61,628 nucleotides of DNA. Source: Calditrichia bacterium. GTDB lineage: Bacteria > Calditrichota > Calditrichia > RBG-13-44-9 > J075. The notes beneath the pieces were generated by a model that was not told the DNA's origin, did not search any database, and saw only the letters and a list, made by a program, of their open reading frames with translations. Both the position numbers and the translations under genes were made by a program. Positions 1 through 10,194 of the stretch are shown piece by piece. Positions within the stretch are counted from its first letter, which is position 1. Each line of letters opens with the position of its first letter. The stretch covers positions 98,360 to 159,987 of the forward strand of contig JBOEGD010000026.1 of NCBI GenBank assembly GCA_050633245.1. Direction: 5' to 3'.

Positions 1-34
1 ATTCATCAATCAAAATTCATCAATAGAGGACCAA

Positions 35-1162
35 ATGCCCGGCTTACTCCCCAATGTTGACCCAGACGGACTACTCGAATATTCTGTTGTTTTTACCGAT
101 CGCTCGCTAAACCATATGTCTCAAACCTTTCAGCTGGTAATGAATGATATCTCTTCAACGCTGAAAGCAGTATACAATGCTGATGCTGTTGCCGTTATTC
201 CGGGAAGCGGGACTTTTGGAATGGAAGCTGTTGCGCGTCAATTCGCAACCGGAAAAAGTTGCCTGGTGATTCGTAACGGCTGGTTCAGTTTTCGCTGGAC
301 GCAGATTTTTGAGATGGGGGGTATTCCTTCAAAGGAGACTGTTCTGAAGGCCAGGCGGTTGGGATCAGACAAACAGTCTTCATTTGCACCGGCACCTATT
401 GATGAAGTTGTAGCAGCAATACACAATGAAAAGCCAAACGTCGTTTTTGCTCCACATGTAGAAACTTCCGCAGGCATGATGTTGCCGAATGATTATCTGA
501 AAGCCATCGGGGATGCTGTGCATAGTGTCGGCGGGCTTTTTGTCTTGGATTCGATTGCTTCCGGAGCGATGTGGGTGGATATGAAAGCCTGCAATGTAGA
601 CGTGCTGATTTCTGCGCCGCAAAAAGGCTGGAGTGGCTCTCCGTGCTGTGCACTTGTAATGATGAATGAGCGCGCGCTGCAGAAGCTCGACGAAACTCAA
701 AGCAGTAGCTTCTCCTGTGATCTAAAAAAGTGGCATCAAATTATGCAGGCGTATGAAAATGGTGGACACGCCTATCATGCTACTATGCCGACTGATGCAA
801 TTACTGTTTTTCACAATGTGATGAAAGAAACCGAGCAGCTTGGGTTCGATAAAGTGCGCGATTGGCAGCAAGAGCTTGGCGATAAAGTGCGAAGCATGCT
901 TGTTGAAAACGGAGTCAAAAGTGTCGCTGCAGAAGGATTCCAGGCTCCAGGTGTGGTTGTTTGCTATGCAGATACCCCGGAGATAAAATCAGGTAAAGCT
1001 TTTTCTACTGCCGGAATGCAAATAGCCGGCGGTGTGCCGCTGCGCTGTGATGAGGGTGATGACTTCCAAACGTTCCGTCTGGGGCTTTTTGGATTGGATA
1101 AATTACAAAATATTGATCGTACCGTCGCAACATTAAAAAAAGTCGTTGAGGAAATACTGTAG
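35..1162 (+). CDS. Class V PLP-dependent aminotransferase (serine-pyruvate/alanine-glyoxylate aminotransferase-like)
   Basis: PGSGTFGME, HVETSAG, LDSIAS and SAPQKGW (PLP lysine) motifs; GAGGA RBS. Confidence 0.9.
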   Translation: MPGLLPNVDPDGLLEYSVVFTDRSLNHMSQTFQLVMNDISSTLKAVYNADAVAVIPGSGTFGMEAVARQFATGKSCLVIRNGWFSFRWTQIFEMGGIPSKETVLKARRLGSDKQSSFAPAPIDEVVAAIHNEKPNVVFAPHVETSAGMMLPNDYLKAIGDAVHSVGGLFVLDSIASGAMWVDMKACNVDVLISAPQKGWSGSPCCALVMMNERALQKLDETQSSSFSCDLKKWHQIMQAYENGGHAYHATMPTDAITVFHNVMKETEQLGFDKVRDWQQELGDKVRSMLVENGVKSVAAEGFQAPGVVVCYADTPEIKSGKAFSTAGMQIAGGVPLRCDEGDDFQTFRLGLFGLDKLQNIDRTVATLKKVVEEIL

Positions 1163-1169
1163 GAGAATA

Positions 1170-1751
1170 ATGAGCAACCCTATCGAAACCTATATTGCAA
1201 AGCATCCGAAGTGGCAGGAGCTATTGATCACGCTACGCAATGCTCTTCTGGAAAATGACCTCGAAGAAAACCTCAAGTGGGGGATTCCTGTCTATGGATT
1301 CGGAACAAAGAATGTTATCGGACTTGCCGCGTTTAAAAATCATACCGGACTTTGGTTTTATAACGGTGCGCTTCTGGAAGATGCCGCAGGAAAGTTGACG
1401 AACGCTCAGGAGGGGAAAACAGAGGCCATGCGACATTGGCGATTTGCTTCAATCGATGAGTTGGATGTGGACATGGTAAAAAAATATGTACAGGAAGCCA
1501 TTGAAAATCAGAAAAACGGCCGGGAAGTGATAATAGAAAAGAAAGAGCTGATCGTACCGGAGCTTCTTCAACAGGAGTTCGACAAAGATTCTGAACTAGC
1601 TGCTGCTTTCGCACGCTTTAGTCCATCCAAACAGCGTGATTTTGCTGAATACATTGCTAATGCAAAGCGTGAAGAGACAAAGCTGAAACGACTTGAAAAA
1701 ATCCTCCCACTAATCTTGTCTGGTATCGGACTTAACGATAAGTATAAATAG
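1170..1751 (+). CDS. YdeI/OmpD-associated family protein (DUF1801 + OmdA)
   Basis: LKWGIPVY, L.NAQEGKT.AMRHWRF and SPSKQR..AEYI..AKREETK..R motifs; start moved to ATG 1170 after AGGAG. Confidence 0.85.
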   Translation: MSNPIETYIAKHPKWQELLITLRNALLENDLEENLKWGIPVYGFGTKNVIGLAAFKNHTGLWFYNGALLEDAAGKLTNAQEGKTEAMRHWRFASIDELDVDMVKKYVQEAIENQKNGREVIIEKKELIVPELLQQEFDKDSELAAAFARFSPSKQRDFAEYIANAKREETKLKRLEKILPLILSGIGLNDKYK

Positions 1752-1778
1752 CATCCTGTTTTAAAAATTGAGAAGAGA

Positions 1779-2627
1779 ATGCGGTATTTCACGATCATCA
1801 TTTTTATGTTGTTCTCCACGGGGCTTTTTGCACAATCTACTCCATACTTTCCTTTAGAGCAGGGGGACACCTGGCTTTACTCTGAATTTGGCTACTGGAC
1901 TAATTTTAGAAATACCGTCATTGGTGATGTCAGCATGCCAAATGATAAAATCTATTCAGAAATATCGTCGCAATGGAGCAGCAGAAACGAGTATTATCGG
2001 CAATCGAATGATTCTGTTTTTGTTTATGATACCTTGCTGGATATGGAATATCTGGCATATTATTTCGGTGCAGATAGTGGCGAAATTATTACAGAACTAC
2101 CATTGTCCTACGGAGATACCTTAAAAATAACTCTTCTAAATAAATGGGTTGGACCCAAGTTGGGGCGTGAGTTACGATCATGGGTATTTGGTTTTGACAA
2201 TGTAGGACTCATTGATGATGAGAATAATCGAACAATAACGGACTCGCTTGGACTAACAAGCTTTGAAAACCCGCATTGGTATGCCTATTCGATTCAAGGT
2301 GCTAAAATTAGTGGCATTCAATATGGTAATCTTACGTCTGTTGAACCAGAAAGCCAACAGAGCGATAACTTTATCCTTACCCAAAACTACCCCAACCCTT
2401 TCAATCCAACTACAACCATTCGCTATCAGATTTCTAAAACAGCCAATATTACCCTCACAATCTATGACATTGCCGGACGAAAGATTGCAGAGTTGGTTAA
2501 TGAAAAGCAAGCGCCCGGCTGGTATGAAAAGACATTGGATGCTGCGAACTTGGCAAGTGGTGTGTATATCTATCGCTTACAGACCGGTGAGCGTAGCCAA
2601 GCGCGAAAAATGCTGCTAGTCCGCTAA
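1779..2627 (+). CDS. Secreted protein with C-terminal Por/T9SS type A (FlgD-like) sorting domain
   Basis: Signal peptide ending AQ; C-terminal QNYPNPFNPTTTI...LASGVYIYRL...KMLLVR. Confidence 0.85.
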   Translation: MRYFTIIIFMLFSTGLFAQSTPYFPLEQGDTWLYSEFGYWTNFRNTVIGDVSMPNDKIYSEISSQWSSRNEYYRQSNDSVFVYDTLLDMEYLAYYFGADSGEIITELPLSYGDTLKITLLNKWVGPKLGRELRSWVFGFDNVGLIDDENNRTITDSLGLTSFENPHWYAYSIQGAKISGIQYGNLTSVEPESQQSDNFILTQNYPNPFNPTTTIRYQISKTANITLTIYDIAGRKIAELVNEKQAPGWYEKTLDAANLASGVYIYRLQTGERSQARKMLLVR

Positions 2628-2786
2628 ATAGTGCAACTAAAAAATATGCGGCTTGAACTCGCCGAATATTTACCCTAATTTTAGTAAGAATAACTCCCTG
2701 TTTTTGACTCCCTATATAAAACTCATTTCAGCCGGTACCGCACATTCCGGTAAACACTTACATCGTCATTGAGTAAAGGAGGCCCC

Positions 2787-3476
2787 ATGTTCATTACTCG
2801 ACTTTTAGTATTCGCAGGCTTACTGTTGTTAACCTTTCTTAGTAGTTGTGGAGGCAGCGACCCACAATCTCCGGAACCGACAGAGGTTTCATTTCAACTT
2901 TTTCCAAATGGTTATTTTTCGGCAGGGTTTCGAGAGGAATACAATATAACCGGCACCAGCCCCAGTGGACTCATGCTTCAGGGAACGCATCTTCAATTAA
3001 CTCAGACTGCTACGTCATTCAATGGTCAGCAGGCCAATCCGGTGCGCATCCAAAATGACTGGACAGATACCAATACCAGTCAGATGTTCAGCAATGGCTC
3101 GACAGAATACTATTCTACAGCGACAGATAACAAAACTCTGCTCGGTAGTCAGGATTTATTCACGATGGTGATTGGAATTCCCGTTTCTGCTGCGGTCATC
3201 CCGCAAACGGCAAAAATTGGTGACTCTGGCACACACGCAAGCTATACTGATAATCTTGGAAATACGACAACGCTAACCTGGACCTTGCAGGACGCCGGTA
3301 ATAATCAGGCACGGCTTGTTTGGGCATCAGAAACACGCGACGTGAACTCGGTATTACTTATTGAGGGGAATACCAGTTACGTGATTAGCGAAAACGGCAC
3401 GCGTCAGTCCATGACGATATTGTTTGACGTAAAGGCATTTGCCGATCCGGTTTCTTGGGTTGGAGCAAAGATTTAG
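2787..3476 (+). CDS. Hypothetical lipoprotein
   Basis: AAGGAGG RBS before ATG 2787; lipobox LSSC; Thr/Ser-rich beta-type body. Confidence 0.75.
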   Translation: MFITRLLVFAGLLLLTFLSSCGGSDPQSPEPTEVSFQLFPNGYFSAGFREEYNITGTSPSGLMLQGTHLQLTQTATSFNGQQANPVRIQNDWTDTNTSQMFSNGSTEYYSTATDNKTLLGSQDLFTMVIGIPVSAAVIPQTAKIGDSGTHASYTDNLGNTTTLTWTLQDAGNNQARLVWASETRDVNSVLLIEGNTSYVISENGTRQSMTILFDVKAFADPVSWVGAKI

Positions 3477-3493
3477 CAGAGAATAGAAAGAAC

Positions 3494-3628
3494 GGATGAG
3501 CGGGTGATAGGGTGAGCAGGTGATGAAAATATCAGAAGCGTTAGTTTCGCCCTATTGCCCAACTGCCCAACTGCCCAACTGCCTCACTTCTTTTCCTCGA
3601 ACTCCGAGCTTTGAACTCTGAACTTTTT
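3494..3628. repeat. Short tandem 8-mer/7-mer repeat cluster
   Basis: GGATGAGC-GGGTGATA-GGGTGAGC-AGGTGATG (3494-3525), then TCGCCCTA-TTGCCCAA-CTGCCCAA-CTGCCCAA-CTGCCTCA (3547-3586), then GAACTCT-like heptamers. Confidence 0.8.
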
Positions 3629-3716
3629 TAAAGAGCAAGTATCGGGTGGAAGCACGAATCCCAAATCAATATTTTCCTCTAACAAAAAGAACGAAACTAC
3701 TTCGGAGGAAAATATC

Positions 3717-4208
3717 ATGAATACAGATTTTCAAGTGATTGCAGCACCAATTAAAGACTTTTCGTATTTGTTTGCGCTATCAGATCAAGAGCTTAAGAGC
3801 ATTGATGCTAAACGTGTCACGGCAACGAAATGGCCGGGATTTCCCTGTCGCGTTAGCCTGCAGGATGCCCAACCCGGTGAAAAAGTGATCCTGGTAAACT
3901 ACGCCCATCACGTGGTGAACTCTCCGTATAAATCTACCGGTCCGATATTTGTCCGGGAAGCCGCAGCAGAAGCGAAGCTTCAAAAAAATGAGCTACCAAT
4001 CATGCTGTTTCATCGACAGATGTCTGTTCGCGCTTATAATGCCAAAGGCATGATGCTAAATGCAAAAGTTGTTGACGGGGAGCTACTCGAGACATGTATT
4101 CGTGAGCTGTTCGGCAATGAAAAGATCGCTTACCTACATGTTCACAATGCCAGTCCGGGATGTTTTAATTGTTTAATCGAAAGAGCCTCGGAAAGCGTGA
4201 ACAGATAG
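3717..4208 (+). CDS. DUF1203 family protein
   Basis: GFPCRVSL.DA.PGE, SPY.STGPIFV, YLHVHNA.PGCF motifs. Confidence 0.9.
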   Translation: MNTDFQVIAAPIKDFSYLFALSDQELKSIDAKRVTATKWPGFPCRVSLQDAQPGEKVILVNYAHHVVNSPYKSTGPIFVREAAAEAKLQKNELPIMLFHRQMSVRAYNAKGMMLNAKVVDGELLETCIRELFGNEKIAYLHVHNASPGCFNCLIERASESVNR

Positions 4209-4248
4209 GTTTCCCTCAAAGCAGTATTGTCGAGGAGGTCTATCTGTT

Positions 4249-4620
4249 TTATGCGAATATTTCCTTCCACGGAATTATGAATGGCAAAACAATTACCCAT
4301 ATCACGAAGAATATTGCCATTCCTTTCGGGTAAGGTTGTGCATTAAGCAGCGCAGGTAATGCCGCGACTAAAAGCCAGGATGATTTATAGATAAGCTGAA
4401 AAAGAAAGACAAGGCTCATCTGCCTCGGGAAGAATAATCCCAATAATGACAGCAAAAATATTGCCCACCACAATGCCCCCACCAGTCGAAAGGCATCTGA
4501 ATAAGCAAAGCTATTGCTGAATACAGTGCTCTCGGCAAGCCTTGGATAAAATAGACTGCTGATGCTAATCCACCCGGCAACAATGACATTTGCTGCATAG
4601 ATTATTTTCATTGCTACCAT
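4249..4620 (-). CDS. Hypothetical 4-TM membrane protein
   Basis: Four hydrophobic segments, QLIYK..WL motif; AGGAAGG RBS. Confidence 0.75.
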   Translation of the reverse strand: MVAMKIIYAANVIVAGWISISSLFYPRLAESTVFSNSFAYSDAFRLVGALWWAIFLLSLLGLFFPRQMSLVFLFQLIYKSSWLLVAALPALLNAQPYPKGMAIFFVIWVIVLPFIIPWKEIFA

Positions 4621-4759
4621 ATTGCCTTCCTGAGTTTTAAAAGAAACCTCATTTCTAGCAGATTTTAATCTATTCCGCTTTCAGTTCACTTCTTGAAGAA
4701 TTATCTTATTCTTAACCCAATAAAACAACCTGAATTACCAAAACATATGAGCTTATTTA

Positions 4760-5569
4760 ATGAAATTCCTGATACGAATTCTCTCTGTCTTACTTCCGGG
4801 CTTTACTGTTAAGCTCGCTTATAAATCTCTAACCAGTCCGCAGGTGCGCAAGCTGCGCGAACGAGAGTTGGCTGTTCTGGATAAAGCGAAACGTGAAACG
4901 CTGCCCTTCAAGGACTTTGACATCCAACTGTATGAATGGACTGGTGGCCCCGATACCGTTCTTCTTGTGCATGGTTGGGAAGGGCAAGCCGGCAACTTCA
5001 GTGATTTGGTCGAAAGGCTTCTGGAAAAAAACTACACGGTTATAGCTTTTGACGGTCCTTCTCATGGATTCAGCAGCGGCGGTAAAACCAGCCTGTTTGA
5101 GTTTACCGAACTTGTTAGCGACTTATTGGCGCGCTATAAAATGAATAAGATTATTAGTCATTCATTTGGAGGAGTGGCAACAGCATTCGCGCTGCACAGT
5201 AACCCCGACATTGAAATTGAGAAATACTGTCTTCTTACCACGCCGGATCGATTTCTGGATCGCATTGAGGACGTTGCTAAGCAAGTGGGAATTACCGAAA
5301 ACGTGAAGCAGCGCTTGATAAAACGTCTGGAAGAAGAGACGGGAATTCCGGCTGCATCCATGAACGTCAGCGACTATTTGAAAACAGCAAATGTAAAGCA
5401 GGCGCTGATTATTCACGATAAAGATGATCAGGTAATTCCAATAGAAATTTCTCGTCACATTCAGCAAGGATGGCCGGTCTGTGACATTGATGAAGTAGAA
5501 GGCACCGGGCATTTTCGTATGCTGAGAACCGACTTTGTCCTGGATAGAGTTGTGACGTTTTTGGAGTAA
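4760..5569 (+). CDS. Alpha/beta hydrolase
   Basis: HGWEG oxyanion motif, SHSFGG nucleophile elbow, HDKDD, GTGH. Confidence 0.9.
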   Translation: MKFLIRILSVLLPGFTVKLAYKSLTSPQVRKLRERELAVLDKAKRETLPFKDFDIQLYEWTGGPDTVLLVHGWEGQAGNFSDLVERLLEKNYTVIAFDGPSHGFSSGGKTSLFEFTELVSDLLARYKMNKIISHSFGGVATAFALHSNPDIEIEKYCLLTTPDRFLDRIEDVAKQVGITENVKQRLIKRLEEETGIPAASMNVSDYLKTANVKQALIIHDKDDQVIPIEISRHIQQGWPVCDIDEVEGTGHFRMLRTDFVLDRVVTFLE

Positions 5570-5589
5570 ACATTTTCTGGAAGAATACT

Positions 5590-6438
5590 ATGCGTATACT
5601 TTTAATAGTTATTGCTGCTGCGACCTTTTTATCTGCTCAAGCAAATGAGAAAAGAGAGACAGATGATCTGTTTCGAGATTTTCTGCACGCTACAGGAATG
5701 GATCAGCAAATACAAGAAATACCAACTTCTTTTTTCCCTGTGATGAATGAAGCTCTGACACTGATTGATGGTAAAGCTTTTACCGAAACGGAGATCCTGA
5801 GCCTCACCGATAGCCTGTTTCAGATGTCTCGGAAGTTATACTTTAAAAGACTTTCAGATGCGGATATGCTGGATGTAACTCAATGGTTTCAGATCCCTTT
5901 GGGTAAGAAAATCGTTAGCATTGAGACTGCACCTGATGATTCCTATACGAAAGAAGACTCAATGCGCGTGCAAAATATGCCTGGCGAGTCTCGGGCCGTC
6001 ATCGACACTTTATTAAAGCCCTTAGGAATGGAAGAAATGTTTGAGCAAATGGCAAATAGCCTTACGCCAATTATGATGGAAGCGATAGTTCGGAAGAATC
6101 TGATGACGCAAAATAAGGGGACTGAGGAGATAGAAGCTTTTCTTGCCAGTGATGTTTACTCAAATATGCATGATACTGCTGTTGCTAAAGCCCTGGAAGG
6201 AACAAAAAGTAATTTGTTTGGACTCTACCTCCAATATTCAGCACTTGAGCCATCAGAGCTGGAAACGTATACCAAGTTTCATCAGACCGGACCTGGAAGT
6301 AAATTTATACGGGCCACAAGAGACCTTCTGGGTGGCTTTTTCACGTTTGCTGCAAAAGAGACTCGCATACGTTTTAGAACCGCTGTTGAAAAGCAGGTAG
6401 AAGGAGCAAGGAAAATCGAGCAGAGCATAAATCCTTAA
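5590..6438 (+). CDS. Secreted helical hypothetical protein (DUF2059-like repeats)
   Basis: Signal peptide; two L..EL..Y..F..T..G.K-type segments. Confidence 0.6.
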   Translation: MRILLIVIAAATFLSAQANEKRETDDLFRDFLHATGMDQQIQEIPTSFFPVMNEALTLIDGKAFTETEILSLTDSLFQMSRKLYFKRLSDADMLDVTQWFQIPLGKKIVSIETAPDDSYTKEDSMRVQNMPGESRAVIDTLLKPLGMEEMFEQMANSLTPIMMEAIVRKNLMTQNKGTEEIEAFLASDVYSNMHDTAVAKALEGTKSNLFGLYLQYSALEPSELETYTKFHQTGPGSKFIRATRDLLGGFFTFAAKETRIRFRTAVEKQVEGARKIEQSINP

Positions 6439-6468
6439 TGTGGCGGATTAAAAAACGGGAGAATTAGC

Positions 6469-7164
6469 ATGTCGAAAAACTTTGCTGAAAACGTTATCGA
6501 TTTTAATGGTTCACTTGAGCTGAACTTTGAACTGCCGCTGAACATCCGTGCGATGAATCCATTTGCCGAAAGCGAAACTGCCCGCGATATTTCCACAAAG
6601 TTTTATCGGAAATATTACTCCGATAGCAAAACGCGTAAGCTGATCTTGGGCATTAATCCGGGTCGGCTGGGTGCCGGTTCAACCGGCGTGCCATTTACCG
6701 ATACCAAGCGATTGGAAAAAGAATGCGGGTTGCCCTTTGAGGGGAAACATACGCATGAACCGTCTTCCGTTTTTGTGTATGAAGTGGTGGCTGCTTATGG
6801 GGGCCCCGAGGTATTCTATGAAGATGTATATATCAGCTCGGTTTGCCCACTGGGGTTTGTGATTCAGGATGAAAAGGGCAAGGAAAAGAACTACAATTAT
6901 TACGATAGCCGTGAGTTAACCGAAGCAGTAACACCATTTGTTGTGCAGTCGATTCGTCAGCAATTGGCCTTCGGCATCGATACGGCGGTTTGTTACTGTA
7001 TGGGAACCGGTAAGAATTTTAAGTATCTGGACAAGCTGAATAAGCAGGAAAAGTTTTTTGAGCGCGTCGTGCCGCTGGAGCATCCGCGCTACGTGATGCA
7101 GTATAAGCACAAGAAGATTGAGAACTACGTAGAGAAATACATAAATTTGCTGAATAACCCTTGA
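6469..7164 (+). CDS. Uracil-DNA glycosylase superfamily, SMUG2/DUF4918 type
   Basis: ILGINPGRLGAG.TGVPFTD, HEPSS.FVY, NYNYYD, LEHPRY motifs. Confidence 0.9.
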   Translation: MSKNFAENVIDFNGSLELNFELPLNIRAMNPFAESETARDISTKFYRKYYSDSKTRKLILGINPGRLGAGSTGVPFTDTKRLEKECGLPFEGKHTHEPSSVFVYEVVAAYGGPEVFYEDVYISSVCPLGFVIQDEKGKEKNYNYYDSRELTEAVTPFVVQSIRQQLAFGIDTAVCYCMGTGKNFKYLDKLNKQEKFFERVVPLEHPRYVMQYKHKKIENYVEKYINLLNNP

Positions 7165-7209
7165 TGGTGAGCGTAATGCATCCTGTCAGACGTTTTATTG
7201 CCCTACCAC

Positions 7210-7785
7210 TTACTCTTTCAGTGATGCTGAAAATCCCAGGTCATCGATTTTACTGATCGCCGCTGCTGCCGAGAATTGCTCCGGGTTGAATGAGATTACC
7301 GCTTCTTTATCTGCATAGCTCGCCTTAACGCTGGTAACGCCGTCAAGCTTTCCCAAAGCGATTTCAAGTGGGGTTTCACAACCTGTGCAGGTCATTCCAT
7401 TTACCTGTAGAGTTGTTGTCTTCAAGCCCGCATTTGCAGACATTTCCGCAGCGCTTGTACTATTCCAATCCAAATAGGGAATGCTGAGCATGCCGATAGC
7501 AACAAGCATGATCAGCCACAGCGAAAGCTGGCTTTTCCTACTTCCGCGACAGGTAGTACAGCTTCCATCTTCACAGACGATTTCACGTTTTCGGTAGGTG
7601 TAATAAAACGCTGCACCGAGCAGAATGAAGGTAATGCCCATAAGGAACGGTCGGTATTCGGCGAGGCTGGTTGCCAGCCCGGCTCCACCAAACCCTAATC
7701 CAACCAGAATTAGTGGACCAATACAACACAGAGATGCCAGAAATGCGGCTCCGGCCGATCCGATTTTTGTGAGAGATTCTTTCAT
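7210..7785 (-). CDS. MerT-MerP(HMA) fused heavy-metal transport protein
   Basis: ASLCCIGP in TM1, YRPF, CEDGSC loop, C-terminal GMTCTGC HMA domain. Confidence 0.85.
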   Translation of the reverse strand: MKESLTKIGSAGAAFLASLCCIGPLILVGLGFGGAGLATSLAEYRPFLMGITFILLGAAFYYTYRKREIVCEDGSCTTCRGSRKSQLSLWLIMLVAIGMLSIPYLDWNSTSAAEMSANAGLKTTTLQVNGMTCTGCETPLEIALGKLDGVTSVKASYADKEAVISFNPEQFSAAAAISKIDDLGFSASLKE

Positions 7786-7797
7786 CTTTACTCGGTT

Positions 7798-8094
7798 TTA
7801 AATTTGATCAAATAGTTTTCTGCTGGCGGAAAATTGATTGGAATAACGCTCAATAACGTCCATCTTCAACTCAGGAGCGAATTCTGATTCGTACTGCTTA
7901 TAGTCTTCCATGCTATCAAAATGGTAATTCGCCAAATATACTGAATCATCAGTATCTTGCTCCTTCAAAAATTGAAAGTTACGTATTAGACCGGTGGCGA
8001 TAACGTCCGGAATATGCACTGCGCGCATCCAATAAACCCAATCCTCTTCAATCTCCGGCTTAACGACAAGCCTGACTTGATATATAACCATCAT
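7798..8094 (-). CDS. DUF4286 family protein
   Basis: W..WM...HIPDV..TG and Y....AP.L motifs; start set at ATG 8094 after GGAG. Confidence 0.8.
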   Translation of the reverse strand: MMVIYQVRLVVKPEIEEDWVYWMRAVHIPDVIATGLIRNFQFLKEQDTDDSVYLANYHFDSMEDYKQYESEFAPELKMDVIERYSNQFSASRKLFDQI

Positions 8095-8209
8095 GTGCTC
8101 CGAAAGTGTTTCTTTGATGACATTATTTGACAACTTTTAGATAGCGAATGCGTTTGTATTCAAATAGTTTATTCATACGCATTCACTTAAAAATAGGAAA
8201 CGCTTCCGA

Positions 8210-8698
8210 ATGAAAAAACAGCTAATAATTCTAATCACTTTGTTGGTTGCACTTAGTAATGGTTTTGCGCAGGTGGAAACCAGCTCCGATCTTTTTATTG
8301 CACTGAAAAAAATGGATCAACAGATTTTTGATAAAGGCTTCAATGAGTGCGATACGGCCGCGACCCGTGATGCCATTCACGAAGATTTTGAGTTTTACCA
8401 CGATACCGGTGGTATTGACAGCAGCAAAGAAGCGTTTATGCGAACCTATGTACAGAATATCTGTGGTAATCCAGAGGGCAAGCCGATTCGCGAATTGGTG
8501 GAGAAAAGCTTGCAGGTGTTTCCAATGCGTTCGAACGGCACGCTTTACGGCGCGCTTCAAAGGGGGGAGCATAAGTTTTATATCCGAGAAGCCAATGGCG
8601 AACTACGCTATACCACTTCGTCCAAATTTACTCACCTTTGGATTCTGGTTGGGGAGAATTGGAAGTTGAAGCGAGTGTTGAGTTACGATCATAGTTAA
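8210..8698 (+). CDS. Secreted NTF2-like (DUF4440) protein
   Basis: Signal peptide; FNEC.....EDFEFYHD.GG and FTHLW...W...RVLSYDH motifs. Confidence 0.85.
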   Translation: MKKQLIILITLLVALSNGFAQVETSSDLFIALKKMDQQIFDKGFNECDTAATRDAIHEDFEFYHDTGGIDSSKEAFMRTYVQNICGNPEGKPIRELVEKSLQVFPMRSNGTLYGALQRGEHKFYIREANGELRYTTSSKFTHLWILVGENWKLKRVLSYDHS

Positions 8699-8808
8699 CA
8701 GTTGTGTTCACTATAAACTTTTAATGGTCCATTAAAAGTTGAAAACTATTCAGCCAAATCGTTTTTCTGTTAAATATTGTACATTGATTTTAGAAACTGG
8801 GGAACGAA

Positions 8809-9114
8809 ATGAGTTGCACGCATTGTGAAAACACGCCGATGCCCATTAAAACAAGGGCTGATCTGAAACAAATTCTCATAGATATGAGTGAATTAGTCGC
8901 CGAGGGAAAGTTTAAAAGTCTGGGATATGCACCGGACTCGCGGTCGTTTGAATTCATTTCCAGAACCTACAATTATGGCGATGGTGTTCAAATATATTTT
9001 TCCTGTACCAATTGTGAGCAAACGTTCGAGATGTATGCGAACACCTATCACGGTCGTGGTGGTGCGCTGGAGATGGTTGACGAGATAAAGGCTAAACTGA
9101 GGCAAGATGGCTAA
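8809..9114 (+). CDS. Hypothetical small protein, possible zinc ribbon
   Basis: CxxC near N terminus, second CxxC, TYHGRGG motif; overlaps the next gene. Confidence 0.65.
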   Translation: MSCTHCENTPMPIKTRADLKQILIDMSELVAEGKFKSLGYAPDSRSFEFISRTYNYGDGVQIYFSCTNCEQTFEMYANTYHGRGGALEMVDEIKAKLRQDG

Positions 9115-9529
9115 CATCCAATATAAAGTTCTTGTGGAGAACGAGGCGCAGATTTTACAAAACGTTGCACCCGACGTCTTCGACAATCCTGTCAATATGG
9201 AATGGACGGAAGAGTTTCTGGCCGATTCACGACATCACATTTCAGTCGCAATAGATGGTGATCTGGTGGTTGGTATGGCGACTGCTGTTGACTATGTTCA
9301 CCCGGATAAGCCGCGTGAGCTGTGGATTAATGAAGTCGGTGTTTCACCAAACTGGCAGCAGTGTGGTATTGGTAAAAAGTTGATGCAAACTCTGTTTGAG
9401 TACGGCCGCTCTATCGGTTGTAAAGAAGCTTGGGTGCTTACTGATCAGGACAATGCTCCTGCGCGCAAACTTTACCAGTCGGTAAATGGTGAGGAAGAGC
9501 TATCGGTTTACGTTACCTTTAAGCTATAA
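9107..9529 (+). CDS. GNAT family N-acetyltransferase
   Basis: EVGVSP.WQQ.GIG acetyl-CoA motif; N..A..LY. Confidence 0.9.
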   Translation: MANIQYKVLVENEAQILQNVAPDVFDNPVNMEWTEEFLADSRHHISVAIDGDLVVGMATAVDYVHPDKPRELWINEVGVSPNWQQCGIGKKLMQTLFEYGRSIGCKEAWVLTDQDNAPARKLYQSVNGEEELSVYVTFKL

Positions 9530-9543
9530 TCGTTGGACGCCTA

Positions 9544-9567
9544 CCCTCGGCTCCGCTCGGGCAGCGG
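9544..9567. repeat. REP-like palindromic repeat, single arm
   Basis: CCCTCGGCTCCGCTCGGGCAGCGG matches the arms at 15473, 54373 and 56761. Confidence 0.7.
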
Positions 9568-9578
9568 CATCGAATGTT

Positions 9579-9611
9579 TCCCGATTCCCGATTCCCGATT
9601 CCCGATTCCCG
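9579..9611. repeat. Heptamer tandem repeat (TCCCGAT)n
   Basis: About 4.7 perfect copies between convergent genes. Confidence 0.9.
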
Positions 9612-9629
9612 TCCTTTATTTGCCGTCTT

Positions 9630-10124
9630 TTATTTGCCGTTCGTTAATTCCCGTCCCTCACTTCCCGCCTTCCTCCTAAAATAGCCATCCAGCAAAGGCT
9701 TGACAATTACATAAGTCAATGCCGACAAAACAATTGCCTGAATCAATACCCCGGTTCCCAGCACGGTAAACACATCTGAGCCCAAAGACATCCAGCGTTT
9801 AACCGACATGTCATTAATACCATCAACAATCATCTGCCAGGGAATGCTGCTGCCGGTGAAAAACTCGCCGACCAGCATGGCGGTATAATAAATCGGCAGC
9901 ACCGTAAGTGGATTCGACACCAGCGTTGCGGCAATCATGATTGCAACATTGCTGGAGGCTGCAATAGCTACCGGAACGCAGAGCATTGCCTGAAAGCCGA
10001 TCGGTACCGTCATCCCGATAAATACGCCCAGCACCAGACTGCGCGTAATCTTTGCCGGATCATCTTCCAGCAAAATCCATTTATGGGCGGCTTTATTTAG
10101 CCAGGCTAGCGATTTTTGAATCAT
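9630..10124 (-). CDS. DUF2062 family membrane protein
   Basis: P..I..S..LGVFIG..P..G.Q and T.VSNPLT..PIY motifs. Confidence 0.85.
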   Translation of the reverse strand: MIQKSLAWLNKAAHKWILLEDDPAKITRSLVLGVFIGMTVPIGFQAMLCVPVAIAASSNVAIMIAATLVSNPLTVLPIYYTAMLVGEFFTGSSIPWQMIVDGINDMSVKRWMSLGSDVFTVLGTGVLIQAIVLSALTYVIVKPLLDGYFRRKAGSEGRELTNGK

Positions 10125-10194
10125 GACTCTTATGTCACTCGAGGTTTATCAAAAACAGGATTAATAGTACTATCGGATCCGTAAGAAGAGAAAA

